NCBI GenBank assembly: GCA_021741155.1
Contig: JAIOYP010000002.1
Coordinates: forward strand, 113,557 to 177,556
Reading direction: 5' to 3'
Length of the DNA: 64,000 nucleotides
DNA from: Flavobacteriales bacterium
GTDB lineage: Bacteria; Bacteroidota; Bacteroidia; UBA10329
Shown here: piece after piece, positions 29,301-37,701 of the stretch
How the letters are laid out: each line of letters starts with the position of its first letter
Numbering within the stretch: position 1 is the stretch's first letter
Made by a program: the position numbers and the translations under genes
Notes under the pieces: model-generated
What the model saw: the letters and a program-made list of their open reading frames with translations, nothing else
What the model was told of the DNA's origin: nothing
Database searches by the model: none

Positions 29301-29523
29301 AATGAAAGTGAACATCAGCGGTTCAACTTACGAACTGGTGAAAGATTATTTCGAATGCACTTCGAGGGGAAAAATCAAAGCGAAAAACAAGGGCGAGATT
29401 GAAATGTATTTCGTGGAACGACTCAAAACTGATTTCAGCAATGACGAAACTGGGTTCATCCCAAATTCAACCTTTATGGACATCTTGCGTAAGGAAGATG
29501 GAAAAATTTCTACGGCCAATTAA
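26365..29523 (+). CDS. periplasmic beta-propeller (Reg_prop repeats) + Y_Y_Y + TM + class III adenylate/guanylate cyclase sensor
   Basis: Signal peptide; at least 9 two-component-regulator propeller repeats (…LWIGTxxGLxRFDG…); Y_Y_Y (YQWKLEGYSDEWS…SPGSYTF); TM (WWFIALCVLLLVALVFAII); cyclase core (VLFTDFVGFT…IGDAYMAAGG…GIHTGSVISGVVG…WGDAVNTAARMES). Confidence 0.85.
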   Translation: MLRQLLFAFSFLLLTVGQALAQQYDFKGFSVEEGLPRSGVYCLLEDSRGFLWIGTEGGGLSRFDGREFVTYTVGSGLPDNTIRALFEDQDGNLWIGTDGHGVCRFDGQSFHTYSTENGLSNDYVRCITQGTDGDIWVGTFGGGIDRMHFGKDSVSITVFGKNGPLGSDDVRAALRTADGALWFGTDAGLCRTDGTNWKTYGTKDSLPHDRILVLFEDDQKNLWIGTQEGLSKKVGETFVNFDDDSGLISNRVRAIAQDLQGNMWFGTQDGVSRYDGKTFVSFTEKNGLSNDRIRHITADRSGNLWFGTYFGGICRYSGEQFIHFTQQDGISSNQVLSVFNQQDGSILLGTLEGVTVLRPQPNGNWEIERDPVGLFFFDQAINVITTAPSGEVWIGTNSGISVQIDGHVSELETDGQPFRENVKALLIEEDGSFWVGTNQGVTRFEKTDDGFSFDQYHSNANINESQVSSITRDAAGRIWIGYIRSQPVIFENGEFIIPKLPPTLTDISAIVQGPHGFLWIATEGNGLFRYQVARDQISESDFTHFGTEQGLSSTNLRQLQFDAERNLWAGTASGIDQIFLNNRGEIKSVKHFGRKEGFIGTETNENASCLDKNGNLWFGTIHGATRYNADAQPPSSIENKLHITKVYLEFEDADWNTSTYANGITGYFGLPNELNLPYALNSLTIEYNAIDLRNPDQVRYQWKLEGYSDEWSMVEDKSHHSFTNLSPGSYTFLVRSVNSNGIWNETPASFTFVVIPPVWMRWWFIALCVLLLVALVFAIIKIREKRYQAERRKLQIMVDDRTKELRHEKDRSDELLLNILPLETAEELKKNGYASVQQYDMVSVLFTDFVGFTNITEGISHTELVRSLDEHFRLFDGVMDKYRIEKIKTIGDAYMAAGGIPMRTITNPMAVVAAGLEMIHLLLELNRKKELKGETAWNLRLGIHTGSVISGVVGKNKFAFDIWGDAVNTAARMESSGEVMKVNISGSTYELVKDYFECTSRGKIKAKNKGEIEMYFVERLKTDFSNDETGFIPNSTFMDILRKEDGKISTAN

Positions 29524-29574
29524 ACCTTGGCAGCGTTATTGGCATCAGACCCACAAACATTAAAACTATAGAAC

Positions 29575-30063
29575 ATGAAAAAGATAATGGCAACAGTTGG
29601 AGTGGTAGCCCTTTTAGTAGGCAACAGCTTCGCACAGGACAAAATGGCCAATGAGCCAGTAAGAATGCACAAACGCGGAGAACTCCGCCAAGAAAAAGGA
29701 CAGCACGATAAAATGGCTGACATCCCGAACTTGACTGATGAACAAAAGGCCAAGATTAAAGACATCAAAGATGAAAATCGGAAGAAATGCGAACCGCAGC
29801 GCGCTGAGATGAAAGAACTCAGAACTAAGCTTCATGAAATGAAAACATCTGAGAAACCTGACCTTAACGAAATCAACTCTTTGATTGATAAATTAGCTTC
29901 CATGAAGGCTGAAGTAGAGAAATCAAAAACGGCTGCTGAATTGAAAGTTCGTAGCATTTTAACACCAGAGCAACTCAAAGCAGTAGATACAAAACACGCA
30001 GAGAACATGAAAATGCGCGAGGAAAAGCAGAAAGAGCGTAAAGAAATGAAAGGCGCTAAATAG
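29575..30063 (+). CDS. Spy/CpxP-family periplasmic protein (LTxxQ motifs)
   Basis: Signal peptide, LTDEQKAKIKDI and LTPEQLKAVDT LTxxQ motifs, helical and K/E-rich, 162 aa. Confidence 0.7.
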   Translation: MKKIMATVGVVALLVGNSFAQDKMANEPVRMHKRGELRQEKGQHDKMADIPNLTDEQKAKIKDIKDENRKKCEPQRAEMKELRTKLHEMKTSEKPDLNEINSLIDKLASMKAEVEKSKTAAELKVRSILTPEQLKAVDTKHAENMKMREEKQKERKEMKGAK

Positions 30064-30074
30064 ATTCTAATCCA

Positions 30075-30111
30075 AGACCTACTAGGTTTTTGAAACCTAG
30101 TAGGTCTTTTT
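30075..30111 (+). terminator. intrinsic terminator 1 after the Spy/CpxP-like gene
   Basis: agacctactaggttt-ttga-aacctagtaggtct followed by TTTT. Confidence 0.75.
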
Positions 30112-30116
30112 CGTTA

Positions 30117-30152
30117 AGCCCGCCACGCAGATTGCGTGGCGGGCTTATTTTT
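30117..30152 (+). terminator. intrinsic terminator 2 (tandem), ending 6 nt before the next start codon
   Basis: aagcccgccacgc-agatt-gcgtggcgggctt followed by ATTTTT. Confidence 0.7.
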
Positions 30153-30157
30153 ATCCA

Positions 30158-30592
30158 ATGAAATCACTTCTACCATTATTGGCCAGCCTATTTCTTGCGG
30201 CTTGCCACTCCCCTAGCCAACCAGACATGAAAGCCGAAGAAAAAATTAGGACCGTGCTAGCCGAACAACAGGAATGTTGGAATAAAGGCGACATCGACTG
30301 TTTCATGCAAGGTTACTGGAATTCCGATTCGCTCCGTTTCATCGGGAAATCTGGAGTAAACTACGGTTGGCAGGCCACGTTGGATAGCTACAAGAAATCG
30401 TATCCAGACAAAGCTGCGATGGGCAAATTAGAATTTGACATTCTGAACGTAGAATTAGTAGGAACTGAAAATTGCCTTGTCACAGGAAAGTGGAAGCTCA
30501 TTCGCGAAGCAGACGAACCGAACGGCCTTTTTACCTTAATCTGGAAACGTTTTGGCGATGAGTGGAAGATTATTTACGATCATTCGAGTTGA
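30158..30592 (+). CDS. NTF2-like (SnoaL/DUF4440-type) lipoprotein
   Basis: Lipobox LAAC, then …IRTVLAEQQECWNKGDIDCFMQGYW… typical of the NTF2-like fold. Confidence 0.55.
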   Translation: MKSLLPLLASLFLAACHSPSQPDMKAEEKIRTVLAEQQECWNKGDIDCFMQGYWNSDSLRFIGKSGVNYGWQATLDSYKKSYPDKAAMGKLEFDILNVELVGTENCLVTGKWKLIREADEPNGLFTLIWKRFGDEWKIIYDHSS

Positions 30593-30609
30593 TTTTGATT
30601 GTAAGGGCG

Positions 30610-30632
30610 TATTGCCATACGCCCCTACTGTG
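30610..30632 (+). terminator. hairpin after the NTF2-like gene
   Basis: agggcgtat-tgcc-atacgccct 9-bp stem; weak T-tract. Confidence 0.4.
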
Positions 30633-30752
30633 AACCCTTTTCAAAGTCTATTGTTAAATCAATGTTCAAACATTAGTTTTATAGTATGAAATGAGGAAGG
30701 CATTGTTTGCCTTGCGAATTCCATCTCACCGAAAAGAGAAATACATTTAGAG

Positions 30753-31628
30753 ATGAAACGTTCAATTCACAAAATCATTCCCGCCCAAAAGGTAAATATG
30801 GGCGGAATCATCTTGGATCAATCGCTGCCAGTAAATGGCGTTGAGCAGATAGATCCATTCTTATTGCTACACCATTGGGCAAGCAAATTGCCTGGTGGCG
30901 AAAGCGAAAAAGACCTTGGCGTTGGGCCGCATCCACACCGCGGTTTCTCGCCTGTTACACTCATCTTCAAGGGCGCGGTGCATCACCGCGATTCGTTGGG
31001 AACCAAAAGCATTATTGAAGCTGGTGGCGCACAATGGATGAACAGCGGAAGAGGCATCGTTCACAGCGAGCGGCCACCAAAAGAATTGGCGGAAGCTGGT
31101 GGCGATTTTGAGCTCATCCAGTTTTGGGCAAACACTCCTGCCAATCGCAAGTTGGAGCCTGCCAAATATCAACCGTTAACGGCTGAGAAAACGCCTTCAA
31201 TTACTTCCGAAGATGGAAAAGTGAAAGCGGGTGTTGTGGCTGGAGAAACCCTCGGCAAAACAGGTCCAATCGAACTGATGACTCCGATGCTTATTATGCG
31301 TTTTGAGATTGGCTTAGGTGGCAAAATGGATGTTCCAATTCCGAAGAATTTCAATGCGGTGCTTTACCTCCTAGATGGAAAGGCGGAAATAAACGGAGAA
31401 CGCCACGCGGGAGGAAAAGACCTCGTTTGGTTCAAAAATGATGGGGAAAGCATTTCGTTCGAAGGGCTGGAGGAAACTCGCGCCATTCTGTTGGCTGGCG
31501 AACCAATAAACGAACCGTTGGCAACCTATGGCCCGTTTGTGATGAACAATCAGACCCAAATAATGGAAGCGCTACGCGATTATCAGATGGGCAAAATGGG
31601 CGTTTTGATTGAAGAGTTTGATTCTTGA
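30753..31628 (+). CDS. pirin-family protein
   Basis: …GVGPHPHRGFSPVTLIFKGAVHHRDSLG… bicupin His motif, 291 aa. Confidence 0.9.
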   Translation: MKRSIHKIIPAQKVNMGGIILDQSLPVNGVEQIDPFLLLHHWASKLPGGESEKDLGVGPHPHRGFSPVTLIFKGAVHHRDSLGTKSIIEAGGAQWMNSGRGIVHSERPPKELAEAGGDFELIQFWANTPANRKLEPAKYQPLTAEKTPSITSEDGKVKAGVVAGETLGKTGPIELMTPMLIMRFEIGLGGKMDVPIPKNFNAVLYLLDGKAEINGERHAGGKDLVWFKNDGESISFEGLEETRAILLAGEPINEPLATYGPFVMNNQTQIMEALRDYQMGKMGVLIEEFDS

Positions 31629-32017
31629 ATCGGAAAGCATTCATACAGAAAATTGGCTTCTTGGGAGTTGGGCTTGGCCTAACTCCATGGAAGTTGCTTT
31701 CTGCAAAACCTGCCACTCAAACATTTACGCTTCCCAAAACTGCCATTCACATTCCGCATGGAAATTTTTCGGCAACAGAAGTGGAGAAGCTGATGATTCC
31801 CGAATTCAATCTACAGTGCACCGTGCAGCAGTTTATGCACAACGGTATTTCTACCAGTGACAATGACTTGAAGGTGTTCCTTTTCCAAAGGGAACAAGAA
31901 TGGGCCAATATTGCCATTACCCGAAACGGACAGACTTTTAGTGACGGAAAAATCTCAGACCTGAATGTAATCGTAGATTCTTTCGACAGCTTAGTAGTCA
32001 CCATAAGCAAACAGTAA
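31625..32017 (+). CDS. hypothetical exported protein (TTG start, overlaps pirin stop)
   Basis: NRKAFIQKIGFLGVGLGL signal-like N-terminus. No known domain. Retained mainly because of the intact 130-aa ORF in a tight gene array. Confidence 0.35.
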   Translation: MNRKAFIQKIGFLGVGLGLTPWKLLSAKPATQTFTLPKTAIHIPHGNFSATEVEKLMIPEFNLQCTVQQFMHNGISTSDNDLKVFLFQREQEWANIAITRNGQTFSDGKISDLNVIVDSFDSLVVTISKQ

Positions 32018-32078
32018 TCTCATTCGCCTAAGAAGCTGTTCATTGAGGAAAAGCTACTTTTAGTTCAAACTTGAACCC

Positions 32079-33125
32079 ATGCTTTCCCCTAAAAAACTCC
32101 TCCTTCTTTTCCTGTTCGTTCTTGTAGGCTTCGTGCTCTATACCTTCATCTCTACAGGTTTTTTTCGCACAGTAGAAAATCGTTTTGAGGGAGAAACCGT
32201 GCTGGAAATCCCGATAAAAGGCGCAGAAGACATCACCATCAGTGCAACAGACAGTTTTGCCATTGTGTCGGCAACGGCTAGGTTAACTTTTCCACCCACA
32301 GAGCAAGAGAAAGGCGGCTTGTATTACATGGAATTGAAGAGTGGTAATCTTGTACTTACCCATTTAACACCCAACTTCGAAAGACCGTTTGCGCCTCACG
32401 GTATTTCTATGTTTAAGCGCGATAGCGTTTACACCATTGCCGCCATTAATCACACGCTTGATGGGCATTCCATCGAGGTTTTCACGCTCGTTGGGAAGGA
32501 ACTGACCCACATTCGAACTGAGAAAACCACCAAGCTTACAAGTCCCAACGACATTGTGCTGCTCGATGAAAATCGTTTCTACGTGACCAATGACCATAAG
32601 TATGAAAAAGGTTTTGGTCGATTGATGGAAGACTACGGAAATCTGGCTGTTTCAAACGTGCTTTATTTTGACGGACAGCAATTCTCTGAAGCTGCCGAGG
32701 GCATTTCGTTTGCCAATGGCATCAACATAGACAACCAACGAAACTTGGTTTTTGTGGCTTCGCCCAGAAGGTTTCTCATCAAGGTTTATTCAAAAAATGA
32801 TGACAATTCGCTCACATTCGTGGAAGACATTCCGTGCGGAACGGGCGTAGATAATATTGAGTTTGATGCGGAAGGAAATTTGTGGGTTGGCTGCCATCCA
32901 AATCTCCTTCGATTTACAGCCTACGCTAAAGGCAAGAAGGAAACTTCGCCTTCAGAAGTGTTGAAGATTGCATACCGCGCCACAGGCGATTATTCCGTAG
33001 AAAGCATCTATTCTAATGATGGAACGCAGGTATCGGCCACTTCAGTTGCTGCACCATTCGGCAACTTGCTTCTAGTTGGTACGGTGAAGGATGATAAAAT
33101 GCTGGTTCTTCAAGCTTCAGAATAA
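32079..33125 (+). CDS. membrane-anchored six-bladed beta-propeller protein (SMP-30/gluconolactonase/arylesterase-PON-like)
   Basis: N-terminal TM anchor and about 320 aa with an NHL/PON-like repeat character (…YVTNDH…, …EGNLWVGCHPN…). Family-level assignment only. Confidence 0.5.
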   Translation: MLSPKKLLLLFLFVLVGFVLYTFISTGFFRTVENRFEGETVLEIPIKGAEDITISATDSFAIVSATARLTFPPTEQEKGGLYYMELKSGNLVLTHLTPNFERPFAPHGISMFKRDSVYTIAAINHTLDGHSIEVFTLVGKELTHIRTEKTTKLTSPNDIVLLDENRFYVTNDHKYEKGFGRLMEDYGNLAVSNVLYFDGQQFSEAAEGISFANGINIDNQRNLVFVASPRRFLIKVYSKNDDNSLTFVEDIPCGTGVDNIEFDAEGNLWVGCHPNLLRFTAYAKGKKETSPSEVLKIAYRATGDYSVESIYSNDGTQVSATSVAAPFGNLLLVGTVKDDKMLVLQASE

Positions 33126-33131
33126 AACTGA

Positions 33132-33710
33132 ATGAAGTCAAACCTCATCAAACTGCTTCCTTTTGCATTGCTTGGCGCCATGGTGGCTACCATCTGCGAT
33201 GCCAACCATGTTTTTACCGAGGCCTTGAGCTATCCGAATCCATTCTTATTTGGGCAAGCAGCGTTTGTATTTCCGGGTTTCGTCATCGCCTTTCTATTTA
33301 TGGGGCTCAATTATCTATTTGCCCCTTCCTTCTTCCCAAAAGCAGCAAAAAACGTAGAAAGCACGAGTGCGGGCAGCTTTGATGCGTTCGTAGAAAACCT
33401 CCTGTTCTTCATGATGGTTTATCTCCTAAGTGGCTTTGGAAACCACGAACCCGAACTCTTATCCATCATCTTTTACGGAAGTTTTTTGATTCGTCTTGCT
33501 TTCACTTACGAACGAATGTTCATTCTGCTTTTCGCAATTATCCTCGGCATTGGCGGCATGGTAGTGGAAGGCGCCATGACCCAATTTGACCTCGTTCATT
33601 ACCGCCAACCTGAGATTTTCGGAGTTCCGTATTGGCTTGGAGGCGTTTACATGCACGGGGCACTGGCACTGAGAGAAGGCATGCGTTACTTCGTTTACAA
33701 AAACAAATAA
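33132..33710 (+). CDS. hypothetical polytopic membrane protein (possibly DUF2878-like)
   Basis: 192 aa, 5-6 TM. Stop overlaps the next start (TAATG). Confidence 0.45.
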   Translation: MKSNLIKLLPFALLGAMVATICDANHVFTEALSYPNPFLFGQAAFVFPGFVIAFLFMGLNYLFAPSFFPKAAKNVESTSAGSFDAFVENLLFFMMVYLLSGFGNHEPELLSIIFYGSFLIRLAFTYERMFILLFAIILGIGGMVVEGAMTQFDLVHYRQPEIFGVPYWLGGVYMHGALALREGMRYFVYKNK

Positions 33711-34063
33711 TGAAAGATATCAGTATGTACATCATGGTCGCGTTTTACATTTTCGCTGGCTACAATCACTTCAAAAACCCGAAGTTTTACCTTCACATGA
33801 TGCCGCCATTTCTTCCGTTGCATAAAGCACTCAACTACCTGAGCGGAGCAATCGAAATATTCCTTGGTTTGCTTCTTCTTTGTCCAGAATATTCAACCTT
33901 GGCTGCGTGGGGAATCATCGCTTTGCTGATTGCTGTGTTTCCTGCCAATATTTACCACCTCACTTCCGCTAAACCCGGAGGTAAATTTCCTATTTGGGGA
34001 TTATGGTTGAGGCTGCCGTTTCAAGCGGTGTTTATTCTTTGGGCGTGGTGGCATACGTTCTGA
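33710..34063 (+). CDS. DoxX-like small membrane protein
   Basis: 117 aa, 4 TM, …FYIFAGYNHFKNPKFY…FPANIYH…, start ATG 33710. The track's upstream extension was rejected. Confidence 0.5.
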   Translation: MKDISMYIMVAFYIFAGYNHFKNPKFYLHMMPPFLPLHKALNYLSGAIEIFLGLLLLCPEYSTLAAWGIIALLIAVFPANIYHLTSAKPGGKFPIWGLWLRLPFQAVFILWAWWHTF

Positions 34064-34066
34064 GAA

Positions 34067-35344
34067 TCAGAATGAACCTTTCTTTTCCAGCACATATTCC
34101 CACATCTGCAAGAATTTTTCTGAGGAACGTTTAATCGGTTCGAGGTCAACTCCCTCCTTCTCCAACAAGCGCCAATGCGATTCTAACAATCCGGGATGCG
34201 CCAAGCCTTGCAGTTCGATGGCTTCATAAATGCTATCAGGGTTTATCGGATAGCAACCTTCTTCGCCATAACGTGGTCGGTGATGGTTGAGCCAACCATT
34301 AAAATCCGTCTGAAATCCGATGGAAAGGTTTGCTACTTGGTCGGCAGGAAGTTCCTTCTCTAAAAACTTCTTCACCTCCTCGTATGTGAACTTGTAACTA
34401 TCAATGGAGCCTTCGCAATGATTTTCGAGCGCATCTAGCTTAGCCTGATAATCCGCCCTCGATTTATAAGGTTGGCAGCTCTCACCACTAATCGGAAGCG
34501 AGATGAAACCGTCATTGGCGTATACTTTCAGCACGTCTTCTTCATCCATTCCTCGTGGTTGGTTCTGAATGGGCTTGAACATATCGTGCGTCACCAACGG
34601 TGGAATGTGCTTTTCTTCCATCAGCGTCAGCGCATCCTTTCGGGTGTTGTCGCTCATGTGCGTGATGTCGGTCATGATGCCTGCATTGGCTAGGTACAAA
34701 ATGGCGTTCTTGCCTTTTTCGGTCAGACGTCTGTTCTTTTCCTTTTTAAAAAGACTTCCGAAATTGAGAATCTTGAGCGCAAACACAGGCTGATTGGCAG
34801 CCGCGCCATACTTACTATCTACCAAATGAACCAAGGTGATGAACGCCACGCCTTGCTCCGCCCAAAAGTTGGCGTCTTCCTGTGAGTTCACCAATCGCTT
34901 TCCTCCTTCAATAGAATGGATGATGATGGTTTTGTCTGTCGTATGAACTAAATCGCGTGCTTCCTGAGGAGTTCTCGCAACCGCGAAATCCTCCGAATTA
35001 GCCGCTACAAAATCGTTCACAAACTTTATCTGCTTCATAATCACCTTCCGACCACGTTTGGCCGAGGCAATATTCTCCTGTGTCAATGCTCCTACACAGA
35101 GGATTCGTGCACCTTTGTTCTTTCGCAGATAGTTAGCGTAATTGACATTGGTGAACTGATGTTTCCAACTCAGATCAGGCGGAGTCGATTCATCAAACGT
35201 CTCCAATCCTTCGCCAAAGAAAGAATACGGAACGTGCATGCACGGATGAATCTGTAGGTCGATGTATTCGTGAACTTCTTGCGCTTGCGCAGAAAAAACG
35301 AAAAAGAGGAAAAGGAAAAATGTGAACCAGCGAGTACGAATCAT
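34067..35344 (-). CDS. membrane dipeptidase (peptidase M19) family protein
   Basis: Signal peptide; …IDLQIHPCMHVPYS…, …HSIEGG…, …THMSD… motifs of the renal-dipeptidase fold. Confidence 0.75.
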   Translation of the reverse strand: MIRTRWFTFFLFLFFVFSAQAQEVHEYIDLQIHPCMHVPYSFFGEGLETFDESTPPDLSWKHQFTNVNYANYLRKNKGARILCVGALTQENIASAKRGRKVIMKQIKFVNDFVAANSEDFAVARTPQEARDLVHTTDKTIIIHSIEGGKRLVNSQEDANFWAEQGVAFITLVHLVDSKYGAAANQPVFALKILNFGSLFKKEKNRRLTEKGKNAILYLANAGIMTDITHMSDNTRKDALTLMEEKHIPPLVTHDMFKPIQNQPRGMDEEDVLKVYANDGFISLPISGESCQPYKSRADYQAKLDALENHCEGSIDSYKFTYEEVKKFLEKELPADQVANLSIGFQTDFNGWLNHHRPRYGEEGCYPINPDSIYEAIELQGLAHPGLLESHWRLLEKEGVDLEPIKRSSEKFLQMWEYVLEKKGSF

Positions 35345-36882
35345 CCCGCCCAGTTCTGACGGTCGAGACTGCGGTATTGGATGGCTTCCGCTAAATGATT
35401 CGGTTGGATGTTCTCAGAGCCTTCCAAGTCCGCTATTGTTCTCGAAACTTTCAAGATTCTATCAAATGCACGGGCTGAAAGTCCCAATCGGTCTGTCGCT
35501 TTTTTGAGCATGCTCTTTCCCGCCTCATCAATCTTGCAAACCTCTTTCAGGAGCTTTGTTCCCATCATGGCATTGCAATGGACATCATTTTTTTCCTTGA
35601 AACGTTCTATCTGAATTTCGCGTGCCGCGATAACGCGCTTCCGAACCTCCTCGCTCTTCTCGGCAGGAGAGAAATCTGTCAGTTCGTTGATGGGAACAGG
35701 AGTGACTTCTATATGAATGTCGATGCGGTCGAGCAACGGGCCTGATATCTTGTTCAGATATTTCTGCACCACGCCTGGGGCGCACACGCAATCTTTTTCT
35801 GGATGGTTGTAAAACCCGCACGGACAGGGATTCATGCTCGAAACAAGCATAAAGCTTGAAGGATATTCAACAGACATCCGCGCACGGGAAATGGTAACCA
35901 TCCGATCTTCCAGCGGCTGCCGCATGACTTCCAATACGGTTCGTTGGAATTCTGGCAATTCATCCAAGAAGAGAACGCCATTGTGAGCAAGGGAAATTTC
36001 CCCCGGTTGAGGTATTTGTCCGCCACCGACAAGGGCGACATTTGATATTGTGTGATGCGGTGCCCGAAACGGCCGCATGGTCATTAAAGAAGTTTCTGAA
36101 CCGAGGTTTCCAGCCACGGAATGAATCTTGGTGGTTTCCAATGCTTCTTTCAGCGAAAGCGGTGGAAGTATGGACGGCAAGCGTTTGGCAAGCATCGTCT
36201 TTCCTGCTCCGGGCGGACCGATCAGCAAGAGGTTATGTCCGCCAGCCGCAGCAATTTCCATGGCGCGCTTGATGTTCTCCTGACCTTTAACATCCGAAAA
36301 GTCAAGGTCTATATTGCTCTGATTCTTGTAAAATTCCTCACGTGTATTGACAATGGTTTTCTCCAACTCCAGCTTTCCATCAAAAAAGCCAATCATCTCC
36401 TTGATGTTTTCAATTCCGTACACATCTAATCCATCGACAATAGCGGCTTCTCGTGCGTTTTTCTTCGGAAGAATAAACCCTTTGAATCCTTCTTCCCGTG
36501 CTTTGATGGCAATTGGAAGCACACCCTTTATCGGTTGCAAGCCACCATCGAGCGAAAGCTCGCCCATGATGATGTACTCCGAAATAGCTTCTGATTTTAT
36601 CTGCTCTGAAGCAGCCAGAATTCCTGCGGCAATGGTCAGGTCGTACGCAGAACCTTCCTTGCGCAAATCTGCCGGAGCCATGTTAATGGTGATTGTTTTG
36701 CCTGGAGTGTGATAACCCACGTTCTTCAGCGCGGCACGAATCCGTAACTGGCTTTCTTTGACGGCATTGTCGGGCAGACCGACCATGAAGAAATTCACTC
36801 CCTGACCAGCAATATTGGTCTCTACGGTGATGAGGTGGGCATCAACGCCATATACTGCGCTACCGTAGGTTTTTACAAGCAT
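35341..36882 (-). CDS. comM: Mg-chelatase-like AAA+ protein YifB/ComM
   Basis: …SAVYGVDAHLITVE…, Walker A GPPGAGKT, …GVLFLDELPEF…, zinc-finger CPCGFYNHPEKDCVC. Confidence 0.9.
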   Translation of the reverse strand: MLVKTYGSAVYGVDAHLITVETNIAGQGVNFFMVGLPDNAVKESQLRIRAALKNVGYHTPGKTITINMAPADLRKEGSAYDLTIAAGILAASEQIKSEAISEYIIMGELSLDGGLQPIKGVLPIAIKAREEGFKGFILPKKNAREAAIVDGLDVYGIENIKEMIGFFDGKLELEKTIVNTREEFYKNQSNIDLDFSDVKGQENIKRAMEIAAAGGHNLLLIGPPGAGKTMLAKRLPSILPPLSLKEALETTKIHSVAGNLGSETSLMTMRPFRAPHHTISNVALVGGGQIPQPGEISLAHNGVLFLDELPEFQRTVLEVMRQPLEDRMVTISRARMSVEYPSSFMLVSSMNPCPCGFYNHPEKDCVCAPGVVQKYLNKISGPLLDRIDIHIEVTPVPINELTDFSPAEKSEEVRKRVIAAREIQIERFKEKNDVHCNAMMGTKLLKEVCKIDEAGKSMLKKATDRLGLSARAFDRILKVSRTIADLEGSENIQPNHLAEAIQYRSLDRQNWAG

Positions 36883-36887
36883 GAGTT

Positions 36888-37460
36888 CTATACTTCCTGT
36901 TCAATCAACATCACGAGGATGTGAATGACCTTGATGTGAATTTCTTGAATTCTGTCTGAATACGCTGAATGTGGCGCACGAATTTCCACATCGCAGAGTT
37001 TGGCTAATTCGCCTCCATCCTTCCCTGTGAGTGCTATTACATGCATTCCCTTCTCTTTGGCTGCACGGGCCGCATTCAACACATTTTCTGAATTTCCTGA
37101 TGTGCTGATGGCCAAAAGCGCATCGCCTTTTGCTCCAAACGCGTCTACAAACCGTGAGAAAATCTGGTCATACCCATAGTCATTTGCCGTGCACGTAATG
37201 TGTCCAGAATCGGAAATGGCCATGGCCGCAATCGGCTTGCGTTCATCGCGGAATCGTCCGCTCAATTCTTCTGCAAAGTGCATGGCATCGCTCATGGAAC
37301 CACCATTTCCGCAGGAATAAATCTTTCCGCCCAACTTAACTGAATTGACCAGTAGACTTGCCGCCTTCCTGATTGCCTGAAGGTTGGAAGCATCGTTCAT
37401 GAATGTTTCCAAGACCTTGGCGGCCTCCTGCAATTCCCTATCTATCTTGTCTATGGACAT
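36888..37460 (-). CDS. gmhA: SIS-domain phosphoheptose isomerase (GmhA/DiaA-like)
   Basis: …[23 protein letters not shown]…[10 protein letters not shown]…. Start at MSIDKI (ATG rc of 37458-37460). Confidence 0.7.
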   Translation of the reverse strand: MSIDKIDRELQEAAKVLETFMNDASNLQAIRKAASLLVNSVKLGGKIYSCGNGGSMSDAMHFAEELSGRFRDERKPIAAMAISDSGHITCTANDYGYDQIFSRFVDAFGAKGDALLAISTSGNSENVLNAARAAKEKGMHVIALTGKDGGELAKLCDVEIRAPHSAYSDRIQEIHIKVIHILVMLIEQEV

Positions 37461-37557
37461 GGCGTTGAAAGTAAGAAATCCTTGGTCTGGTTCTTTAAAG
37501 GATGTTGTTTTGCTGGCAACGGAATCGTATCCTCCAAATGAGGAAAAACATACTTTC

Positions 37558-37636
37558 AGCCACAGATGCACAGATTCTCACAGATTTTTCACGGATAATC
37601 GGTGTTCTTTCTGTGGAAATCTGTGCATCTGTGGCT
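37558..37636 (-). repeat. about 79-nt near-perfect hairpin with triple CACAGAT direct repeats (probable long-stem terminator downstream of the ceramidase gene)
   Basis: Outer arms agccacagatgcacagat / atctgtgcatctgtggct are perfect over 18 bp and extend to about 27 bp with 2 mismatches. 26-nt loop containing the near-palindrome cacggataatcggtg. The minus strand is followed by tgtttttcc. Confidence 0.5.
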
Positions 37637-37701
37637 ATTTCATGTCAATCTAATTAAGCTCGATGCGTGGCATTTGTAACCAGAAAGTTGACGACTTTGT
37701 C

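Noticed and set aside
37461-37571. Upstream extension of gmhA ([16 protein letters not shown]…)
   Set aside because: It overlaps the long hairpin element and is not conserved-looking. SIS-domain homology begins at MSIDKI.
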